Positions 59,157 to 64,000 of a stretch of DNA of 64,000 nt are shown here, piece after piece (position 1 is the stretch's first letter; each line of letters starts with the position of its first letter). The stretch covers positions 190,909 to 254,908 of the forward strand of contig NZ_JBKBQX010000001.1 in the NCBI RefSeq assembly GCF_046292505.1. Direction: 5' to 3'. The notes under the pieces are model-generated. The model saw only the letters and a list, made by a program, of their open reading frames with translations, searched no databases and had not been told where the DNA came from. The translations under genes and the position numbers were made by a program. This DNA is from Tepidimonas sp. GTDB lineage: Bacteria; Pseudomonadota; Gammaproteobacteria; Burkholderiales; Burkholderiaceae_C.

Positions 59157-59921
59157 TCATTCCAGCCAGGTCACGAAGCGCTCGATCGGCTCGCGCGGGG
59201 TGACGAAGCGGTTGACCGTCGCCTCGGGGTCGGCGTAGCCGAGCGACAAGCCGCAGACCAGCATCTCCTGCTCGGACGCACCAATGTGCGGCAGGATGAT
59301 GCGAGCGTAGTGGTTCCACGCCGCCTGGGGGCAGGTGTCCAGACCGTGGGCGCGCGCGGCCACCATCAGGTTTTGCAAAAACATGCCCGTATCCAGCAGC
59401 GAGCCGCGCCCCATCACCGTGTCGATGGTCACCATCAACCCGACCGGCGCATCAAAGAAGCGGAAGTTGCGCTGGTGCTGGGCGTGCATCTTGTCTTTGT
59501 CGCCCTTGCCAATACCGAGCAACCCGTACAGGCCCCAGCCGTTCTCGCGCCGGCGGTCGATGTAGGGACTCACCCACTGGCTGGGGTAGTAGTCGTACGC
59601 CTCCTGATACTCCGCCGCCAGCGCCGGGTTGGCGCGGATGGCGTCGTGGGCAGCGCACACTTTGTCCACCAGCGCGTCGCGCGCGCGTCCCTGCAGAACG
59701 TACACCTTCCAGGGCTGGGTGTTGGTGCCCGACGGCGCGCGCGCCGCCACCCGCAACAGCCGCTCGATCAGGGACCGGGGCACCGGTCGCGGCAAAAAGG
59801 CGCGCACCGAGCGGCGACCGACAATGGCCGCTTCGACCTGCGCCGGATCCACCGGCTGGGCCCAGGCGCGCAGCGGATCCAGATCCGCCTCGGCGCCGGC
59901 GATGGGCTCGGGTGCGTTCAT
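59157..59921 (-). CDS. nitroreductase-family flavoprotein
   Basis: RRSVRAFLPRPV, APSGTNTQPWKVYVL, and a C-terminal LGYAD region. The ATG at 59921 overlaps the thioesterase stop. Confidence 0.85.
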   Translation of the reverse strand: MNAPEPIAGAEADLDPLRAWAQPVDPAQVEAAIVGRRSVRAFLPRPVPRSLIERLLRVAARAPSGTNTQPWKVYVLQGRARDALVDKVCAAHDAIRANPALAAEYQEAYDYYPSQWVSPYIDRRRENGWGLYGLLGIGKGDKDKMHAQHQRNFRFFDAPVGLMVTIDTVMGRGSLLDTGMFLQNLMVAARAHGLDTCPQAAWNHYARIILPHIGASEQEMLVCGLSLGYADPEATVNRFVTPREPIERFVTWLE

Positions 59922-60373
59922 GACAGGGCCTCCAGGGTGCGTTGCAGGGCAGCGGGCAGCGCGGCGACCGGCCGCCGGCTGTCGCGATCGACATAGACGT
60001 GCACGAAATGGCCGCGCGCGGCGCAGGCCGGCGCCCCCGCGGCGAAGATGCCCACCTCGTAGCGCACGCTCGAGCGGCCGATGTGGGCGACGCGCAAACC
60101 GGCCTCGACCGGCTGCGGAAACGCCAGCGGCGCAAAGTAGTGGCACTGCGTCTCGACCACCAGGCCGATGACATCGCCGCGGTGAATGTCCAGCGCGCCC
60201 TGCTCGATCAGGTGGCCGTTGACGGCGGTATCGAACCAACTGTAGTACACGACGTTGTTGACATGGCCATAGATGTCGTTGTCCATCCAACGCGTGCCGA
60301 TGGGGCGAAAGACGCGAAAGTGCGTTCTGGGCAAGGGCTGCGGGCGCTGAGGCGCGGGCGCGGCGGGGCTCAC
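59918..60373 (-). CDS. acyl-CoA thioesterase (4HBT/YbgC-like hotdog fold)
   Basis: [21 protein letters not shown]... is typical of the hotdog thioesterase catalytic region. The proposed GTG start at 60373 overlaps the HDAC-like stop (GTGA). Confidence 0.75.
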   Translation of the reverse strand: MSPAAPAPQRPQPLPRTHFRVFRPIGTRWMDNDIYGHVNNVVYYSWFDTAVNGHLIEQGALDIHRGDVIGLVVETQCHYFAPLAFPQPVEAGLRVAHIGRSSVRYEVGIFAAGAPACAARGHFVHVYVDRDSRRPVAALPAALQRTLEALS

Positions 60374-61344
60374 GGCGGCGGTCTCCTCGATGGTGGTGCC
60401 GTCGATTCTGCCACCGCCCGCCAGCGTCGCCAGTACGACAGCGCCACCGCATAGGTGGTGCGCTGCACGCGCACCGTGGTGGCGATATCGCGGCCATAGC
60501 CGCCCGCCATGGTCATGGCCACGGGCAGGCGCCGCTGCCACGCCCAGTCGAACACGCGCCGATCGCGCGCCTCCATGCCATCGTCGGACAGGCGCAGCCG
60601 CCCCAGGCGGTCGCCCTCGTGGGGGTCCGCGCCCGCCAGGTAGATCACGAAGTCCGGCTCGAAGCGCCGCTCCAGCTCGCCCAGCGCCCACTCCAGCGCC
60701 TGCAGGTACTCGGCGTCGCCGCAGCCGTCGGGCAACTCCACGTCGCAGTCGCTCGGCTCCTTGCGGAAGGGAAAGTTGCGCGCTCCGTGCAGCGACAATG
60801 TGAACACCGACGGGTCGTCCCGAAAGATGCTGGCCGTCCCATTGCCCTGGTGGACATCGAGGTCCACGATCGCCACCCGCAAGGGCCGGGCGCGCGCCCC
60901 CGCCCCGCGCCGGCCCCATTCGGCCTGCATCAGGCGGGCCGCCACCGCGGCATCGTTGAAGACGCAAAACCCACCTCCCTTGTGGGCGTAGGCGTGGTGG
61001 GTGCCCCCCGCGATGTTGGCGGCCACGCCCTCGCCCGCCAGCGCGACCCGGCTGGCTTGGATGGTCGCGCCCACCGAGCGGCGCGCCCGCTCGGCCATCG
61101 CGGGGCTCCAGGGAAAGCCGATCTCCCGCTGCAGCGCCGGGGCAAGCGTCCCGTGGGTGATGGCGTCGATATAGGCCGGTGTGTGGACCAGCGCCAGCTC
61201 GCCGTCGCTGGCCGGCTCGGCCTGCTGCCAGCGAATGTCTGGCTCGCTGGCCAGGGCGTCGCGCAACAGGGCATACTTGGCCATCGGGAATCGGTGGCCC
61301 GAGGGCAGCGGCAGCACGAATTGGGTCGCGTAAAACACCTGCAT
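60370..61344 (-). CDS. histone deacetylase-family (Zn-dependent deacetylase/amidohydrolase) protein
   Basis: [29 protein letters not shown] and [11 protein letters not shown] (metal and catalytic residues of the arginase/deacetylase fold). ATG at 61344. Confidence 0.85.
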   Translation of the reverse strand: MQVFYATQFVLPLPSGHRFPMAKYALLRDALASEPDIRWQQAEPASDGELALVHTPAYIDAITHGTLAPALQREIGFPWSPAMAERARRSVGATIQASRVALAGEGVAANIAGGTHHAYAHKGGGFCVFNDAAVAARLMQAEWGRRGAGARARPLRVAIVDLDVHQGNGTASIFRDDPSVFTLSLHGARNFPFRKEPSDCDVELPDGCGDAEYLQALEWALGELERRFEPDFVIYLAGADPHEGDRLGRLRLSDDGMEARDRRVFDWAWQRRLPVAMTMAGGYGRDIATTVRVQRTTYAVALSYWRRWRAVAESTAPPSRRPPP

Positions 61345-61446
61345 GGCGCGCAGTGTGCCAGCGCGGCGCCGCGCCCGCTGGCTGGTGCCAGATGCCCCGC
61401 ATGTGCCGTCCTGATGCCCTCCGCCCCACGGCGCACGCGACACAAA

Positions 61447-61517
61447 TGTTGCAGTGCAGCACGACTTGCAAAATTCAACGACACCCGTATAATGGAGGCG
61501 CATGCTGCAGCGCAGCA
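61447..61517 (+). promoter_or_regulatory. phasin promoter with flanking TGC-rich repeats (candidate PhaR operators)
   Basis: TTGCAA (61466-61471), a 16-nt spacer, then TATAAT (61488-61493). The promoter is flanked by TGTTGCAGTGCAGCA (61447-61461) and TGCTGCAGCGCAGCA (61503-61517). Confidence 0.5.
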
Positions 61518-61554
61518 ATTTTTCACCCGTCACGACCAGCGGAGGACGACAGAC

Positions 61555-62133
61555 ATGCTGACCCCTGAACAACTGGCCGCCGCCCACAAGGCCAACATCG
61601 AAATGCTGTTCGGCCTCACCCGCAAGGCCTTCGAAGGCGTGGAAAAGCTGGTCGAACTCAACCTGCAGGCCACCAAGGCAGCGCTGCGCGACTCCGCGGA
61701 CAACACCCAGGCCCTGCTGTCGGTCAAGGACGCGCAGGAGCTGCTGCAACGCCAAGCCGCGCTGCTGCAGCCGCTGGCCGAAAAGGCCGTCAACTACAGC
61801 CGCCAGCTCTACGACATTGCGGCCACGACGGGCAGCGCCTTCGCCCAGGCCGCCGAGCAAAACGCGGCCGACGTCCAACACAAGGCCATGGCCGTGATGG
61901 ACAACGTCGCCAAGAACGCGCCCGCCGGCACCGAAGCCGCGGTGGAGGCCATGCGCAATGCCGTCAATGCCGCCACTTCGGCCATGGAAACCGTCCAACA
62001 AGCCGTCAAGCAAGCGGCGGAGCTGGCCGAAGCCAACTTCCACCAAATGGTGACCCAAGCGCAGCAAAACCTGCCTTCCGCAGCCGCCCAGGCGCCCAAA
62101 ACCGCCGCCCGGACACGCCGCAGCGCGGGTTGA
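61555..62133 (+). CDS. phaP: phasin (PHA granule-associated protein)
   Basis: 192 aa, Ala/Gln/Glu-rich and helical. The N-terminus [43 protein letters not shown] is typical of betaproteobacterial phasins. GGAGGA sits upstream of the ATG. Confidence 0.85.
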   Translation: MLTPEQLAAAHKANIEMLFGLTRKAFEGVEKLVELNLQATKAALRDSADNTQALLSVKDAQELLQRQAALLQPLAEKAVNYSRQLYDIAATTGSAFAQAAEQNAADVQHKAMAVMDNVAKNAPAGTEAAVEAMRNAVNAATSAMETVQQAVKQAAELAEANFHQMVTQAQQNLPSAAAQAPKTAARTRRSAG

Positions 62134-62202
62134 AGGACAGCCCCTTTCGCTTCGAGTTGTCTCCTCGGGTCTCTTCGAAATCAGATTCAGGAACCCTTAC
62201 CA

Positions 62203-62227
62203 GCCCCGCCCCGGCGGGGCTTTTTTT
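62203..62227. terminator. GC-rich hairpin plus T7 tract (terminator for the phasin gene, possibly bidirectional)
   Basis: GCCCCGCCCCGGCGGGGC followed by TTTTTTT. It lies between the convergent phasin and patatin genes. Confidence 0.7.
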
Positions 62228-62240
62228 CGGCGGGCGGTGT

Positions 62241-63245
62241 TCATCGTGCGGCCTGCGGGCCCGCCAGCAGCGGCCGACGCAGGGCCAACAGTTGCTCGCG
62301 CAGGCGCGGCAATCCCGCCTGCATGGCGGCGCGACCCGCCGCGATACTGCGTTGGCGTGACGCAAAGTCGGCGCTGCCGATGCCGTCCAGCCGGGGACGG
62401 ATCACGACATCCGCGCTGCCGAGCACATGGCGGTTGATCGTCTGGCCCATGATCGTGAAGGTTTGCAGCAGCACCCGCACCGGGTCGGTCTGGATCAGCG
62501 GCTCGGCGGGGCTGGAGATGTCCACCGCAATCACCAGTTCGGCGCCCATCTCGCGCGCCTGCTCGACCGGCACCGGCGCCACCAGGCCGCCATCCACATA
62601 CGTTCGCCCCGAGATCGGCACCGGCGAAAACACCCCCGGCACCGCGCTGGACGCCCGCACCGCAGTCCCCGTGTCCCCGCGGCGGAACAGCACCGGCTGC
62701 CCGGTGGCCAGATCGGTGGCCAGAATGCCCAGCGGCAAGGGCATGGCCTCGATCAGCCGGCCCTGGACCATGCGGTTGACATAGCGCGCCAGCGCCTCGC
62801 CGCGCAACAGCCCGCGGTTGAAGATCGGAACGGTCCAGTCCGCAATCGTCGCTTCTTCCATCTCCAGCGCCGCGCGCTCCAGCGCCGCACCCGACAGACC
62901 GTGGGCATACAGCGCCGCCACCAGACTGCCGGCGGATGTGCCGACCACCAGATCGGGGCGCACGCCCTCGCGCTCCAACACCTGGATGACGCCGATGTGG
63001 GCAAAGCCGCGCGCCGCCCCGCCGCCCAAGGCCAACCCGACGCGGGGTGGCCGCGTCGGCGGCGGCGTGGGTGGAGCAGGCGGCGCAGCCGGGGGGGCCG
63101 CGGGGGCATCCGGCTCGCGGGGTGGCACGGCGCATCCCGCGAGGGCCCACGCGGCCAGCGCCGCCGCCCCGCCGCCCAGCCATCGGCGGCGGACGAGGTC
63201 GGGCGGTTGGATCGGAGTTTGGCTAGGGCTTAGACGATCAAACAT
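62241..63245 (-). CDS. patatin-like phospholipase (lipoprotein)
   Basis: GLALGGGAARG oxyanion motif, GTSAGS nucleophile elbow, a later DGG motif, and an N-terminal lipobox LAGC. The ATG at 63245 is preferred. Confidence 0.85.
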   Translation of the reverse strand: MFDRLSPSQTPIQPPDLVRRRWLGGGAAALAAWALAGCAVPPREPDAPAAPPAAPPAPPTPPPTRPPRVGLALGGGAARGFAHIGVIQVLEREGVRPDLVVGTSAGSLVAALYAHGLSGAALERAALEMEEATIADWTVPIFNRGLLRGEALARYVNRMVQGRLIEAMPLPLGILATDLATGQPVLFRRGDTGTAVRASSAVPGVFSPVPISGRTYVDGGLVAPVPVEQAREMGAELVIAVDISSPAEPLIQTDPVRVLLQTFTIMGQTINRHVLGSADVVIRPRLDGIGSADFASRQRSIAAGRAAMQAGLPRLREQLLALRRPLLAGPQAAR

Positions 63246-63248
63246 AAC

Positions 63249-63267
63249 GATAATGATTCTCGTTTGT
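63249..63267 (+). promoter_or_regulatory. candidate Fur box
   Basis: GATAATGATTCTCGTTTGT: the first 9 nt are identical to the Fur consensus GATAATGAT, and about 13 of 19 positions match by eye. It is followed by GTGATAATATAAAT, about 85 nt upstream of the Fe(3+)-binding-protein ATG. Confidence 0.55.
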
Positions 63268-63349
63268 GATAATATAAATCCCGTGACACATCCCTCCACC
63301 CACACCTCACTCGCCACACCGATCGCCGTCTGAACAAGGAGTCCTCCCC

Positions 63350-64000
63350 ATGTCGAACCTTCCATCGTCGTTGCGTCGCCGTGTCATGCAAGGGGCTTTG
63401 ACGCTCCTGTCGCTGACCGCACCGCTGATGCTGATGCCCTCCGCCGCGTCCGCGCAGGACAAGGTGCTCAACCTGTATTCGGCGCGCCACTACCCGGGCG
63501 ACGAGTTCATGTACGAAGCCTTCACCAAGGCCACGGGCATCAAAATCAATCGCGTGGACAGCGACGACGCGGGCATTGTCGCGCGTTTGCGCGCGGAAGG
63601 GCCCGCCTCCCCGGCCGACGTCGTGCTGCTGGTGGACGCGGCGCGCATGGCCGCCGCCGATGCGCAGGGGCTGTTTCGCCCGATCAAATCGGCCAAGCTG
63701 GACGCGGCCATCCCGCCCGAGCTGCGCGCTGCACGCACGCCCGAGGGCGTGACGTGGACGGGCTTTTCCACCCGCGCGCGCGTCATCGTGTACGACCCGC
63801 TGCGTGTCAAGGCCGAGGACGTGGCCACCTACGAGCAGCTCGCGGACCCCAAACTCAAGGGTCTGCTGTGCACGCGCAGCGGCTCGCACCCCTACAACCT
63901 GTCGCTGTTTGCCACCGTGATCGAACGGCTGGGTGACGAAAAGGGGCAGGCCTGGCTCAACGGCCTGGTGGCCAACATGGCGCGCGCGCCCAAGGGTGGC
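63350..64000 (+). CDS. Fe(3+) ABC transporter substrate-binding protein (FbpA/FutA-like), 5' partial at the window end
   Basis: Not in the ORF track because it is open-ended. My manual translation from the ATG at 63350 gives MSNLPSSLRRRVMQGALTLLSL...SAASAQDKVLNLYSARHYPGDEFMYEAFTKATGIKINRVDSDDAGIVARL... Confidence 0.8.
   Translation, partial: MSNLPSSLRRRVMQGALTLLSLTAPLMLMPSAASAQDKVLNLYSARHYPGDEFMYEAFTKATGIKINRVDSDDAGIVARLRAEGPASPADVVLLVDAARMAAADAQGLFRPIKSAKLDAAIPPELRAARTPEGVTWTGFSTRARVIVYDPLRVKAEDVATYEQLADPKLKGLLCTRSGSHPYNLSLFATVIERLGDEKGQAWLNGLVANMARAPKGG

Noticed and set aside
1-64000. CRISPR arrays, cas genes, restriction-modification, toxin-antitoxin, prophage, integrase or other defence or mobile-island content.
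   Set aside because: Reading both strands, I saw no spacer-repeat periodicity and no recognisable defence, phage or integrase motifs in any ORF. The only mobile element is the single IS at 33043-34674.

Overview
The window is visibly GC-rich and looks like a chromosomal segment of a betaproteobacterium. The gene order is Burkholderiales-like: surE-pcm-nlpD, uvrC-pgsA, hupB-tRNA-ppiD-tRNA, earP-efp and dapA-bamC. All calls rest on by-eye motif recognition in the supplied ORF translations and the raw sequence; no searches were run.

I support about 65 protein-coding genes, 2 tRNAs (His-GTG, Val-TAC), 1 TPP riboswitch, 1 complete IS5/IS1182-type insertion sequence with inverted repeats and a target duplication, and 4 pseudogene fragments. 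I also mark several candidate regulatory sites: a PmrA-type direct repeat, Fur boxes, DnaA boxes, and a TGC-rich phasin promoter.

Functional blocks:
- 0.5-7.2 kb: a lipid A remodelling locus (dgkA, eptA, a two-component system, a PAP2 phosphatase and an ArnT-like glycosyltransferase).
- 7.2-16.2 kb: parE, an MFS transporter, dapA-bamC and ahpCF.
- 16.3-22.6 kb: a Fur-box-fronted TonB-dependent uptake operon. It carries an embedded FMN-dependent alpha-hydroxy-acid oxidase and a 24-codon micro-ORF.
- 24.5-28.7 kb: rlmD, nlpD, pcm and surE.
- 29.8-31.3 kb: a TPP riboswitch followed by an SSS-family transporter.
- 32.5-36.0 kb: a decayed patch next to tRNA-His. It holds an IS-split and internally deleted GGDEF gene plus macB-like and adaptor remnants.
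- 36-46 kb: ppiD, hupB, a tartrate-dehydrogenase-like gene, pgsA, uvrC, earP-efp and a LOG-family gene.
- 46.1-58.0 kb: two complete Mrp-type cation/proton antiporter operons in tandem.
- 58.1-64.0 kb: an HDAC-like/thioesterase/nitroreductase/2-hydroxyacid-dehydrogenase operon, a phasin gene, a patatin-like lipase gene, and the start of a Fur-box-fronted Fe(3+) ABC binding-protein gene.

I found no CRISPR array, no prophage and no recognisable defence system, so I cannot honestly claim a clearly novel system. The two candidates most worth follow-up are the extended iron-uptake operon (FMN oxidase plus micro-ORF, translationally coupled to tonB) and the PmrA-box-linked PAP2/ArnT-like pair. The many long antisense ORFs in the track are treated as GC-content artefacts.
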